A stretch of 64,000 bases of DNA from Paramecium tetraurelia. Its lineage: Eukaryota. A program made the position numbers and the translations under genes. The stretch spans positions 130,867 through 194,866 of the forward strand of contig CT868097.1 of NCBI GenBank assembly GCA_000165425.1, written 5' to 3'. Position 1 is the first letter of the stretch. Each line of letters begins with the position of its first letter. The notes beneath the pieces were generated by a model that was not told where the DNA came from, ran no database searches, and saw nothing but the letters and a program-made list of their open reading frames with translations. Shown piece by piece: positions 14,054 to 29,618 of this stretch.

Positions 14054-17000
14054 TCAAACAAAAATGGGCTAGACTCTCGATTGAGTAGGCATCTAATTCT
14101 CCATGAATTTGTTAAAGCTCCTCTTTACTTTCTTGTATAACACTCTAGCCTAAGAAGAAAAGTCAATGGCTAAATTTGACGTCAATATAGTTGTGAAAAT
14201 GCCTATATTAAACCATCCAATCTAACTTAAACTCTCCTTTGAAATCGAAAAATACTCGTAAGTGTAGTATGCACTAAAGCTTAGAGTATTGGCCATCATT
14301 CCTAATTCTGTGATCAACTGTTTAATTTGATCCTCACTATTCGAAAATGGTGAAGATACAGCCAAATAAGTTGCAAATGCTGCAGCTTACGTCGCAACAC
14401 CAAGTGTTTAATAAAGTCCTTGGTTTTGGAAACAAACAATTATAAACATATACACTGACTTTTTCACAAGCAAAATCGTATTATACTGCATTTACCAAGT
14501 TGACTTTAAATAGCTCTTCTCATCTGATTAAAATAAAGTTTTAATGTAATGCTTCATTGTCAAGGATTATTTAGTCTAGATCTATCTTATTCTATGAATA
14601 AGCAAACTAGTGAAAATGCAGGTGAAGGCTAGAGTGGCAACAGCCCCACTATTATTTGCTATATCACTATAAGAATTAAAACTAACATGTGATAATTGGA
14701 TTAATGATGCAAATTGCATTTCATAAAAATTAACTGTTATTAATCTAATGGCTCCAGAGTAAACAAAGTCATTAGATATCTTAGTACATTTTGATCGTAC
14801 TTTCAAGATTCCCCCACCAATTATTCCACCAAGATCATTTAATTTGTGAGGTGGAATCAAATGAAGTAGTTTCGAGATCGATAAAGTTGTTAGGAAGATA
14901 CTCAGACCTATGGATAAGGCGACAGCTGTTGTTTATATATTTGAACTAAATTAATAGTGTAGATTATCTTATTTAAATTTATTGGGCATTCCTTATTCTT
15001 ATTCATTATTTTCTTTGGGTTGAGATGCCATCTTTTAGGATAACCCTGTTTATTTGAGTTTATTAGTAACCATTGAACTCACAGAAGACTTCTTTAGATT
15101 ATCCATATTCTATTGCAAATTTTAAGGAAATTCCATATTGATATATCTTGTGTAGTAGAGATATTAAATAGTATCAAGAGTCATAAAAAGATTTGAATAG
15201 CCAGTTGAGAATATACTCACTAGAGAGACACACATAGTAGTGTATATTGAAATTTCATTTGCATTCGAGAAAAGTTCAACAACTTTTTGAGACAATTCAT
15301 CTTAAATAAAAGGAATTGAGATTTTAATCTAACCTGAGTTTTGTTCTAATTTGACAAAGTCTTCAGAAATAATCAGTTTCTTATCAACAACTATTATTAC
15401 ATTTATTTAATCATATGAAATATTCTTCAGTAATTTTAAATCTATGATGTATTTAACTTCTTGAGGAAATTCTTAGATCCCAACAACAGGTTCAATAGTA
15501 TAATCAAAATCTCCTTAGTTTAATTCATCAACTTTGACCATGAAAAGTTAAAAGTCTGTTAACGTGGGATTATTGTTTTCATTTTCAAACAAGATGTAGT
15601 TTTTTTGGAGCATCATTTAAGTAGAGAATGTTACTTCAATTTTGGATGTTCTCTCTTCTTATGATAGCAACTTCAATTCAACACTAGGCTATCTTTTGAA
15701 GAAGCAATTACTAATTTGCATTGGTTCATTTTTACAATACCAATCCACCTCAATCTTACAGTTTTTATCACAGCCATCCTAATTCAGAAGGTTCCCATCA
15801 TCACACTATTCTGTATTTTATTCCCACAAACCATCTCCACATTTTGATGCACATTAATTATTGGATACAAAATATCCCAAATAGCGATCGCATTCTAAGC
15901 ATTTACCTCTGTCACAAGTAAGACAAGCTATATGACATTAATATTCACAAGTATTACTACAACCATCATTGTCAAAAATATTTCCATCATCACATTATTC
16001 ATATCCATTAAGCTCACCATCTCCACAAACTGGAATGCACTTTTAAGTTATGCTCTCATAAGTCCATCCAGGTGTATTACATTCATAACATACACTCTCT
16101 CTACAATCAGTGCAATGTTAAACACATTAATAATTGCATTCGTAACATCCATCATAAGGTAAGAGATTGCCATCATCACAATCTTCAAATCTAGGCACTA
16201 CATATTAATCTCCACATATTGTTCCACATCTATGATTCTCATTCAATTACCAACCATATGCACAGACTTAACACTATCCTTCAGAACAAACAACACATGC
16301 TTCTTCGCATTATGTTTTACAATCAAAACATCCATCATAAGGAACATCATTACCATCATCACATTCTTCAATCCCAACCTTTAATGCATCTCCACATATT
16401 TCCCAACAAAAATAGTTTTCTAGTCTCCAACCTGGTGTGTTGCATTCATAACACAATCCATTAATACATTTTGTGCAAGACTTTTAACAAATATAACTGC
16501 ATTCATAACACCCATCAAAATTCTAATCATTTCCATCATCGCATTATTCTAATCCAGCAACTTTATTATCTCCACATAGAGGTTAACAATCTCCTTGTGA
16601 TGTTACATACCAACCTTTATCCTCATTACACAAGATGCAAGATCCATATAAGCAAGTTTGACATTATTATTGACATGCATATTGACATTCAAAACACCCA
16701 TCTTCATTAATTAAATTACCGTCATCACACTTCTCATTCCCAACAATTAAACCATCTCCACAAACTGAAATACATGTCTAAGCTGACAATTCAAACCCAT
16801 TAGCACAAAATATGCATTTATTAAATTCACAAAAAGAGCAATTTTTATCACACTCAAATCTACATTAGTTGCATCCATCATGTTTAATAGAATTTTAATC
16901 ATCACAATCTTCATCAACTGTAATTATACCATCTCCACAAACAGAAAAGCAATGTCCATCTATGATTTCATAACCCCTTTAACACATCTAACATACTCCT

Positions 17001-20000
17001 TCAATGCATAAAGTGCACTGCTCTTCACAATCAAGTCGACATTAAAAACATCCATCGAATGGTGTAAGATTATTATCATCACATATCTCGAACTCCGTCA
17101 TTAAAGAATCTCCACAATAATGAAAACACTTATTTTCTATCAAGTAAAAGCCCCTTTGACATTGTTAACAAACACCTAATGAACAAGTAACACAATTGCT
17201 AGGACATGCAAATTAGCATTCATTATTACAATAAGGATCATCATTTGCATAATTTAAGAACCCTTCACATTATTCTTATCCTACTATCATTTCGTCTCCA
17301 CACATACTTTCACAATTGTGTTCTAATTCATTCAAGTACCATCCAGTCTAGCATTAATAACAGTCACCCTTAATACAAATTACACATTCACTTTAGCATT
17401 ATTTTTATGGATAGCACTCATCAGCATTTTAAGTATAACTAATATCTTTGCAATCAGGGATGCATTTGGGAAAAGAAAGAACAAACCTTTAAGAACAACT
17501 TTAACAAACTCCTTTGACACAAATATCGCAATTTTCAGTACAAGAATACTTGCAGTTATAGCATCCATCATAAGGTATATAATTACCATCATCGCACTCT
17601 TCATGTTGTGTTAATATCATATCTCCACATTTAGATTGACACTATTATGTATCTTCATCTAATTCAAATCCATCTTCACATAAGATGCATACTCCATTTA
17701 CACACTCCTAACATTCAGATTAACAATCATGTTGGCATGAGAAGCAGCCATCAAAACCGTTAATATTACCATCATCACATACTTCGAAGTCCTCAGTATT
17801 TAAATTACCACAAATGTTGACACATTCATTATAAACAGTTAAAAGGTATCCATCTTAACATGATTAGCAGATTCCTCTGTCACAATTCGAACAATTTTAA
17901 GCACAGGATAACCTACAGTTAAAACATTTATTATTTGAAACATCTCCATTATCATAATTCAAACTAACATCACACTCTTCTAATCCAGCAATTATACCAT
18001 CTCCGCATTTGGTCTCACATTTTTTATTTAATAGATACCACCCCATAGCTTAATTGCATAATATGCATTCTCCATTTATACATTATTAGCATTCATCTTA
18101 ACATTAAAATTGACATAAGTAACATCCATCAAATGGGACAATATCATGGCTTTCACAATCTTCAATGCTTGTTTAAATTGAATCTCCACATATACTGACA
18201 CATCTGTTTAAAAGTAGTTCATAACCAAGGTTGCAACCCTAACAAATTCCAAATTTACAGTTATTACAATTATCATCACAAACAAAATTACAACTTTCAC
18301 AAGCTTCTGAGTTTTCATCACAAATCTCATTGTTGGAAATAATTAAATCTCCACATTTGGATTCACATTAATGATTTTAATTCAAATAAAATCCATAATT
18401 GTTTTTGCATTCTAAACAAGTGCCATAAACACAATTATTGCATCCTTCTGCACATCTGTATTTACAATTGACACAATAAACTACTTCGAAATCAATGATT
18501 CCTGTATCACATTCCTCGTCTCCAGCCACTATCCCATCTCCACAGACTGGTAAGCATTTTTAGTTAATTAAAGTATATCCTTGATTACATTACTAACATA
18601 ATCCAAAAATACAAATTGAGCATTCTTATTAGCATTTAAAAACACATTGACTGCATCCATCGTTTAATTAAGAATTAAAATCTTCGCATTCTTCATAATC
18701 ACTTATAATTGAATCTCCACATTAAGTATAACAAGAAGATGTTTAGTAATCTAAATACCATCCTAAAGACTCCTTGCACTTTTAACATTAGCCTTAAGTG
18801 CAAATTTCACATTACGGAGAACATTTGAGTTAACAACTAATACATCCAGTTGTATTTTTTACAGTATCTTCGAATGGTATAATACCAACATCACATTATT
18901 CATCACCTAATATTAGTGTATCACCACAGATAGGTAAGCATTTCTTGATCGATTAATTTAAATAATACCCACTTTGACATAATTTGCAAATACCAAATTA
19001 GCATTGTGTACAACTTGTTTCACATTAATAAGAACATTATGCACATCCATCTTCAATAACAAAGTTATAATCGTCACAAGGTTCAAATTTAGAAATAACT
19101 CCATCTCCACAAATAGGAAGACAAGTATTATCAGAACTAAGATAAAAGTTTGGTTTGCAGCTATAACAGATTCCTGCTGCACATGTCAGACATTCAGTCT
19201 AGCACTCATATTTGCATTAATAACATCCATCTTCGAATGTGTTATTGCCATCATCACATTATTCATTTAGTACAGATAGAACAGTATCTCCACATATGGA
19301 AGTACACTTTTTAAGTTTTGGATTTAAATAATATCCTGGAGTATTGCATTCCAAACAAACTCCCAAAAGACAAGATGTACATTACTCTTAGCAAGTGAGA
19401 GTGCATTAGCTGCATCCATCAGAATTGACTTCATTACCATCATCGCAGGCCTCATAATAAGTAATTAGTTTATCTCCACAAATTGGGGCACATTGACCCG
19501 TTTGGTTCAATAATTAGAACCCTGATTTGCACTTGGTACATATACCGAAGATGCATAATGCACAAAAGGAATCGCAGGAATAAGCACAACTGTTGCATCC
19601 ATCAAATGGGTTGTTATTTCCATCATCACACATTTCTCCTCCAGCAACAATTTGATCTCCACAATAAGTAACACATTTAAAGGTGGCTAAATTAATATAA
19701 TAACCAATAGAATTATCGCACTCATAGCATTTACCATAGATACAATTTGTACATTAAGGTTAACATTAAAATTAACAATTATAGCATCCGTCATAAGGTG
19801 TCAGATTATTGTCCTCACATTATTCTTAACTAACAAGAGAACTGTTCCCACATGTAGGATAACATATTTTCATAGTTTTTTAAAGAGTGTAACCTGGAGC
19901 ACAAACAGAGCATTATCCCTAAACACAACTTAAACATTCCTTCTAACATTCATATCTGCAATTATTGCATCCATCAAATCTAATTGTATTGCCATCATCA

Positions 20001-22497
20001 CAATCCTCTCCTTCAGTTACTATCATATCTCCACAAATTGATTAGCATTTATAATCAACACCATCATCATAGTAACTATTTTGACAGACACAAATATTAT
20101 TATTCAAATATCTATGTTAATAACTATTGCAAGACAAGCATTAATTACTATTTGAACCATAACAAGATTCGCATAAAGGATGACAACTTTGACAAGTATT
20201 AGAAACTGTCAAATAAGTCCAAGGATAACATTAGCATTTTCCATTTTATAAATAAAAGTTAGAAGCACACTTCGTACAAATATAAGCATTCTAGCATTCT
20301 AAACAGTAAGAAGGTGTACAAGCTCGACAAACAGCAGGAGTAACTGTGTTGTCAAAATAGTAGGCATTATTAATACAAGTTGTTGGTGATGACATTTCAG
20401 TTGGTAATGCTTGTTTTCCAGAGCAATCTGCCCATGTTGGACCACTGCAAGCTGTACAATATTAAGTACACTAAATTTATGGTTACTATTTACTTCTAAA
20501 ATGATAATAAAATAATCGTAAACTAGGCAGAAATTGTTTTTAATTGATCTATCTGAATTGCATGTCATTTAAACAGAAAAACTCGGACTTGTATGCCCTA
20601 TTGTTCTATCAATTGTAATGTATTTATCTCTCTTATCTCTTCCTACTTCTTTAGATGTTAATGCAAAGCCTGAGTCACTATATTACAATGTCTACGAAGT
20701 TCCTCCAATTGTATACTGGAAATCTCCAGAAAATTCATCTCCTAAAACTAATGTGAATTTAAATCTAAATTTGTAATGTGGATTCAAAGTGTATGGTTTT
20801 GTAAATGTTGCTGAGTTCCAAACCAATGGACCTCCCAATACTCTTTTGCCCATATAATAACTAAAATAAACCTTAATGTTGGTGCTTAAAAATCCATCTG
20901 ATGTTGTGAAATCAGAACCTCCATTCGTAATTGTCCCTACGATATTACTAACATCTGTATCAGTTGTATTTGAAGAGTCATAAAAAGCTTTGATTAAGTA
21001 TTTTGAATCTAAAATAGATAAAGCTTATACTATCAACTATTTCATCAAAGTCTTTACAAACACCTGTTTATTAGACTGAATGAGTTGGACAACTAAGTAC
21101 ACATTTATTTTTATAAAGAAATCCTGATGAACAGGAATAGCATTTTTAATCAAAATCACACCAATCACAATTAGGTTAACATCGCATTATATCCATAACG
21201 ACATCTCGAAAGCCCCATGACTATTAGCCGAATTAACTTAAAATTATAAATCTATATGTACTCCATAGACCCTTATAGAGTTAATACAGGATTAGTAATA
21301 TTTGATTTCAACTTAGCCTCAAATCTGAAATATCCAACAGTAGGCGTACAAATTGATTCAGAATATAAATAATCAGCATTTCGACTTGTGAAAACTTGAC
21401 CAATTGTGTAAACAGATGCGAATTCAACCTAATCTAATAACACATGAACTGCTGAATAATCAACCCAATCGTTTAGCTTTACAATGGTTGCTCGAAACCT
21501 TATATAAGATATGTTGTAAGGAATTTATAGGGTCAAACTAAATGCTTCGTTATATAAGAATGGTCCTACATAATTTTTACTTGTATCACAAGGTATCGAA
21601 CTTATTTTTTTGGAGTAAAGTAAATTATAATTAATTGGGTCAGGAACAAACACCCAAGGAGATGATTAACTGAATGAGGTAGTGTCAAAGTAGGTTGTGT
21701 AAGGGAACATGTCTAGATCGATGGAAATAAATACTTGCATTAAATTAGCAGACATTATTTGAATCTGGAACTCTATAGTAGTGGCACTCTACTACACAAC
21801 TCTTCGTGTCATCTATGTATTCAATAAATGCCTTATTAGTAGGGCAACTACCACAGCTTTAACTAGTAGCAAACGTAGTAGAGGGGGCGGTGAAACAAGC
21901 CAAGCAACCAGTTATTAAATTGGAACTACATTTCAAACATGACCAATGACATTAATTAACATAAATCTATAAACCCCTTACACCATAATTTCTAGAATCC
22001 ATCAGTGTTCCACACACTCTGAATCGAACTTCACTATAATCAGTATGAGAGAAAGTCATTATAAAGGTTTAAACTTCGAATCTACCCCAAGATCCTCTAC
22101 AAGCATCCTCATACCCTTGCAATGTGCTATCCTTATACTATAATGAATAAGTGGGGGTTGATCCTTAGACTTCGTATGATACATAGTAAATATTGTCCCT
22201 ATCAGAGTCTAGAAAATAGCCATCCACTACAACTTTGACCTAGTAATGAGGAGGCAAGTTTTACACAGAATAGTAGGCTCTAACTTTATAACTTCCCACT
22301 AAAATATATTCAATATCATTAGCTGAACATCCAGAAACTGATCCACCCCCTCCCGTACTTCCACTGTCCCAATTACATGTGTTTCCATAATTCCAATTAC
22401 TGCTTGATACAGAAAAATTGAGCAAGTCTTCACTTACAAGTTGCCATTATGACTAAGAGATGACAAAAATCGAAAAGAGTATTCGGATAGTTTACAT
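14054..22497 (-). CDS. giant cysteine-rich surface protein (~2800 aa): signal peptide, N-terminal non-Cys/furin-like units, ~23 CGDG (Myxococcus Cys-rich/DUF4215-like) repeats, C-terminal multi-pass membrane domain
   Basis: Signal-like start MQTIRILFSIFVISQSQW at 22497. A 23-nt intron at 20471-20493 makes the length a multiple of 3. The membrane region includes LDTIQYLYYTRYINMEFPQNL and ends ..QSRVQPIFV-TGA (14054-14056). Confidence 0.9.
15780..20050 (-). repeat. coding tandem array of ~23 degenerate ~180-190 bp Cys-rich repeats (CGDxIxxxxExCDDGNxxxxDGCxxC...)
   Basis: Recurring + strand words tctccaca (CGD), catcatc(a/g)ca (CDD) and gcatccatc (DGC) at ~185-nt spacing from ~15835 to ~20030. 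Confidence 0.9.
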
Positions 22498-25289
22498 TTT
22501 GTCTTTTATTTTTTATTTATTAAATTAAATATGACATCATGAAATTATAATATTTCTTGGTTATATCCCTAGATATTTGTTAGATAACAAAACTTCTCAC
22601 TCTCTAGAAGCATCCATTAACAGAAAGTAAAATATAAAAATCTTATATAAATTCCCATAATTTGTAATAATAATAATAGTAAGTTATTTACTCTATTAAA
22701 TAAATTTGATTCTACCGTCATACAATTTCTATTGACCCCCAAAGTTGTTGAGGCAAGTATGTTAAATGGAATTCCTTACTTAATTTTTTTTCCTTTGATC
22801 GAAATTTCTTTGTGATCAGTTTGCTAATTCAATCAAACTCATGAAAATTTATAAAATGGAAGAATTATCAAGGCTAAATCTAAATGTTGAATGAAATGAA
22901 GATATGCTTTACTTTAAAACCATAGAACAATTTTTCAATATAAATTCCCAGTTTATTATTAATTATATATAATAGTTTTAATTATTTAATAGTTTAATAT
23001 TATTACAATTTTAACTTACATCTTAATCCAAAAAACAATGTTTGAAATCCATAAATTTATTGTAATAAATAGCATTTTGACATATTTTTTGGGGATGCAA
23101 GTATCCTCATTTTATAATATCAACTCTAGAAACAACTGAGTTTAATTCTATTTGAGGGAGGACTTTTATAATATCTTTACGTATAAATGAACACAAACTA
23201 TTAAATTGTTGATTTTATATATTTAGACCTTGAATTACATACTTTAAAGATTTTATTAGTAATGTTATGCTAAGTTTGATTATATCTCTATGAATACATT
23301 TAGGGTTTGAATGTTTTAATTAATCTATTTTATTTAATTTGAATTTTGCTATGAGTTAGCATTTGTTAGAAATAGAAATTAGGATAATCATGCCATTCTA
23401 CAGTTGAAATCTCTAGTTTAGAATCAACTTCAATAAATAATTTGCTTAATTCATCCAAAATATTGGCTCTTAAATACTCTTTTATCTATAAAGATATTTC
23501 TATATTCTTAATATGAATTAGAATAAATTTTTTCTATCCATTTAATATTTAGTATTTAAAAAATTATTTTTTAATTGCCAGAGTTATGACCAAAAATTAA
23601 TATTCTCAAAGCAATTACCAAATTCACATAGTCTTCATTTAGGTTCAATATATTATGATTATGGCAATATTTTGGATGTGATTAATTCTATATTTCATCT
23701 AGATTTTTCTAACGAGGAGTATTTAAGGCTAAAAATTTTAACCAAAAATAAAGCACTATGCTAATCTCTGAATTTTATACATTCCTTGTATTAGTTCAAG
23801 TTAAATAATATATTAATTAATAAAAATTGTCAATAGAATCTAATTTTTGATGTTTAGATATATTTTTATGGGCCTGATTTGCTGTGCCTATCAATGTAGA
23901 CAAATATACGATAATTGTTAATTTAATGTAAAAGTCTGGTCTATAGCTCAGCTTATATAACTATTTTATTTTTTCCTATATAGTAGTCTCCATATCAATC
24001 ATAAATTCTCTCCTCAATTTCTCGAAATGTTTTACTAAATAAGAATATTTAATATTTAAGCAGTCATATCTTAATTAAATTTTTTATTTATAAAGTATAT
24101 ATCTATGAATTTTCTACATATTTCTAAAGATTAATTGTTATCTTAATTATTTAAGTGCCAATTAAATGAAAGTCCTATTATACAATAGGACTTTAGCTAA
24201 GGAAAAGAAGTTAAATAATATTCCAATTCAAGTGCAATAATATCGATTACAACCTCCTAAAATGTATCAAAAGTGAGTTCTACTTTTAATAATATTATTT
24301 GCCAATCATAATGTCTAATCTGAGAGGACAAAAAATAAAGGAACTAAATCATAAATTCTTAAGACTATTTTAAATAAGATAAATTCAGAGCTAAAAATTA
24401 TTTGATGCAAAATTCTTTCTAATTGATGATAAGAAAACCAAAAATATTTTAAATACAATATTTATAATATAAAATTCATTAAAAATATAAAATACATTAT
24501 AAATATTATGAGATAATTATGAACATAAATAAGATATACTTAGAATAGCCATTAATTTAAGTAGGCTTAGGTTTGAATTGCTATTTTGAATAAATAAATT
24601 GGCTAAATAACCAAGTTATTTTATTTTTTTGTAAAATAAGATAAAATAAATCAAAATACTTCAAAAAATTATGCTTTATATATTTTGAGTTCTGGAAACT
24701 TCAATTACGCAATTAATAGAATTAATTAACTTAAAATAACAATATTTGAACCACAAACCTACTTTTCAACTTGCATGATAGAACTGATAATTTTTATCCT
24801 TTAGATCTATAATGATTATTAATATTTCAATCTAATTTATATTGAAAATTGTTTATTTTGTATTTGTGAGTATTTATACATGGTTCCATAATATTCTTAG
24901 AAAATGCAATTAAATATATAATTTTCATATTTATTCAAAAGAAAAAGGACTAAATTATGTGCCAAATCAAAGTACATTCACTAATTCGAATACTATCCAG
25001 AATTGCAAATTTAGTTTAGAAATAAGCATAAACTCTATTTTGTTATTGTCACAACGAGAATTGTATGATTTATGAGAGGTCCTAAAATGAAGTAAGCCTA
25101 ATAAGTACATTAAATATTGTAAAATGCTCAGCAATAATAATGCATTATGATTTATAAATTAATTTATAAATAATTTTTATACACTCAAAATCCATCGATA
25201 TTTCCATTAAAGGAATATGATTTATGAATTAATATTTTTTGAATTTTAAGCTGATAAAAGATCTTATAAATGTATAATAAAAATAAATA

Positions 25290-26982
<1,693 letters not shown>

Positions 26983-27658
26983 AATCCATTCTTATGACAA
27001 ATAAATGTTATATATATTATTAATTTGTAAATAAACTATTATCATAAAATTAACAATTATAAATATAAAGATTCTATCAAATTAAATGTTTTCAATTGTT
27101 TTACACATCTAATAGACTTGCATTTCTCGTAATTAGAATTAAATTATTTAAAATTAATTCTAAGTATTAACTAATCTTTTAATTTGATCCTGAGATTCAA
27201 ATGATACCTTTTTATAATTGAATCTATGCAATCTTAATAATAAGATTCTATATTCATTCAATTAATTGAGTATTTATAAATTATAGAAATAAAGTTTTTA
27301 ACAATAGAGTAATTTATAATGTGACATTTGTAATTAAATAATTTAATTTTTGATAATGATTCTAGATTTCCTTTCAAATGTGGTCCTCTTCGGGATAATA
27401 GCTTTAGTTGGATTTGCTGCAATTGGTTCGTTTGCTAGGAAACAAGGTTTTCGATCATGAATTAAGTTTTTATGTGAATATTAATCTAATTTGATACTGT
27501 CATTTGAGCTTTGAAATTCAAAAACTGAGTTTCAATAGATTATCTAATAGTTCTTGAGATATTAAATTGCATAGGCAGAAACACGATATTGTTTTGTTGT
27601 ATTGAGTGTTGATGGAAGTTTAAATTAGCATATTAAATGTATTTTAATAAATATCAAC

Positions 27659-29442
27659 TCATAAACTATCGTACTTATTTAGCCTTCCAAGCAGAAAGGC
27701 AGGACTTAGCTATCTGAGTAGAGGAGGAATATTTAATTGCATAAATGGCTAGGGATAGAGGGTTTTGTTTAGGAAATTGGGTTATTGAAGAATTGGAGCA
27801 GGTCTTCCAGGGTAGCGAGAGTCATGAATGAAATTGCAATTATCTCCTCTTGTACATCCAATAGGGGAATGAAAATTGTGACAATGCTTGGTTTTGTAAG
27901 CTCTTAATCTCTGAGCCTGTATGGGATTAATGCTTTATAATTATTCAATTCGAGTTCTCTATTATTCCTATTGAGATTTAATGCGTTCTTATTCAGTTAT
28001 GATTGATTATTTGTCATTCAACTTAGTTTCAAGGAATGATTTAAAATTTTTTATATATTATTCCTCACCAATTTCCTTTAATTTTTATATAATATCATGT
28101 AATAAAGTGACTTAAATAAATTAATATTCTTACGAATGCTTTCTTGGCTATGGTTTTGTTTCTGCTCAACCATCTGAACCAATTGTTACATCTTGGGTTG
28201 GAGATCCTGCTTAGCCTGATTCAACATAACATCCTTTTATTTGGATTGTTCCTCTTGGGGTTTCTTCAAAATGCCTTTGATTTATTTTGTGTTAGCATTC
28301 TTGTGCTTTTATTCTAGCTCAGTGAATCCTCGATCGCAAATGATTTGAACCATAAACATAAGGTCTTCCCTCTTTGGTGGATCTAAATGAATGATTCTGG
28401 ATTGCATTCCTGCTTAAGTATTAGAGATTTCATTATACCCAGGTTAGTCAGGAATCTACTAGAGATTAAAGTTTGTAGAAATATTTACGTCTCTGGTGTA
28501 GAACGCTGACATTTTGGACTCGGTTCTCATTTATTGTTTCTAAGTCTCTTTGAAATTGGTGTCATAAGGAATAAGAAAAGTGTGTCGTAATTCTAATAGG
28601 TTCAATAGCTTACTCAGAGGCTTAATAAATGGAATTTATTCTATCATTTGTTGGATATTATCTAATTATAATTTGTGTTCTTGTCCTTCCATCATGGATT
28701 CCCTGTGCTTTATATCATAACCATTAATTTGATATAGTCTTCTTAATTCTCCCGCATATTATTTTTGGAAGGTAACCACTTCCTCTATGGTCATTCCTCT
28801 TTGATTAGGTTCATCGTCTCTTTTAAAAAACTTGTAATTCATGAGAAAGTCTTCTCTTGCAAATCTAATAATTTCGAATGTTTATAACATACCGAACATT
28901 TTTCTTTTTATTCTTTTTCTTTTTGTTTGATGATTCATTAGAACTTGATGATAAATTTCTTTTCACTTTTTTTTTGCGTTCCTCGTATTTATCCTTTTAA
29001 TTGTTGTTTTTTTTGAAATCTTCCAAAGTACTCCTATATCTTGCCTTAATTTTCAACCATTTTTATAGAATTTGATCATTCACACTTACTTTTTAATCTT
29101 CTAATAATCTTTTATCCTTTATTTTGATTAACAACTGTCCCATCTCAGATTCTTTCAGCATTTCATCATTTAAATTCATTTTCAACAACAACATAAATAT
29201 TTTATCAATCAGTTCTTCATTAGCCTAAATGCATTTCAAAGCCTCTTTTAAATATTAAGTAATCATCTTCATTGAGCCTGTCCATCCAAACCTAAAATTA
29301 GCCTCCTTTTTTACATGTCTATAAACTCAGGAGTGGAATTGAGTAAGTAATTCACTATTTGTATTTTTGCATAAACTGTAACTGCTGATTTTAATTTCAT
29401 ATTGATCTTTTTCATCAGCTCCTTATTTGTTATTTGATCCAT
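27659..29442 (-). CDS. PNUTS/PPP1R10-like PP1 regulatory subunit (TFIIS-N-like domain, RVxF motif, CCCH zinc finger)
   Basis: N-terminal helical domain (LKESEMGQLLIKI..ILQKW); KKKNVRFAREDFLMNYKFFKRDDEP across intron 28865-28892; intron 28111-28133; C-terminal YKTKHCHNFHSPIGCTRGDNCNFIH. Confidence 0.75.
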
Positions 29443-29618
29443 CAATAAAATCTTATATTAATTTATATTATCATTATTATCTATAATTCAACTAAATCAA
29501 TTACAAAATTCTACAATGTTTTATTTATTTACTATAAATTCAGCATCCTTGCTTGCTTGTCTCTAAGAGAATATTTAAGTTGTATATAGAATTCTCTCAT
29601 TAAAATAATTATTGATTA

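Noticed and set aside
15780..20050. Regularly spaced repeats as a CRISPR array or satellite
   Set aside because: The repeats are degenerate at synonymous positions and conserve a protein motif within one reading frame
15721..20202. His/Ile/Thr-rich plus-strand ORFs in the supplied track
   Set aside because: They are antisense shadows of the minus-strand Cys-rich repeat gene; the track uses the standard code, which is wrong for this organism
27250..27631. Small minus-strand gene, or TTT-TGA frameshift site, downstream of the PNUTS-like gene
   Set aside because: Several frames are equally plausible and none has a recognisable motif, so no call can be supported
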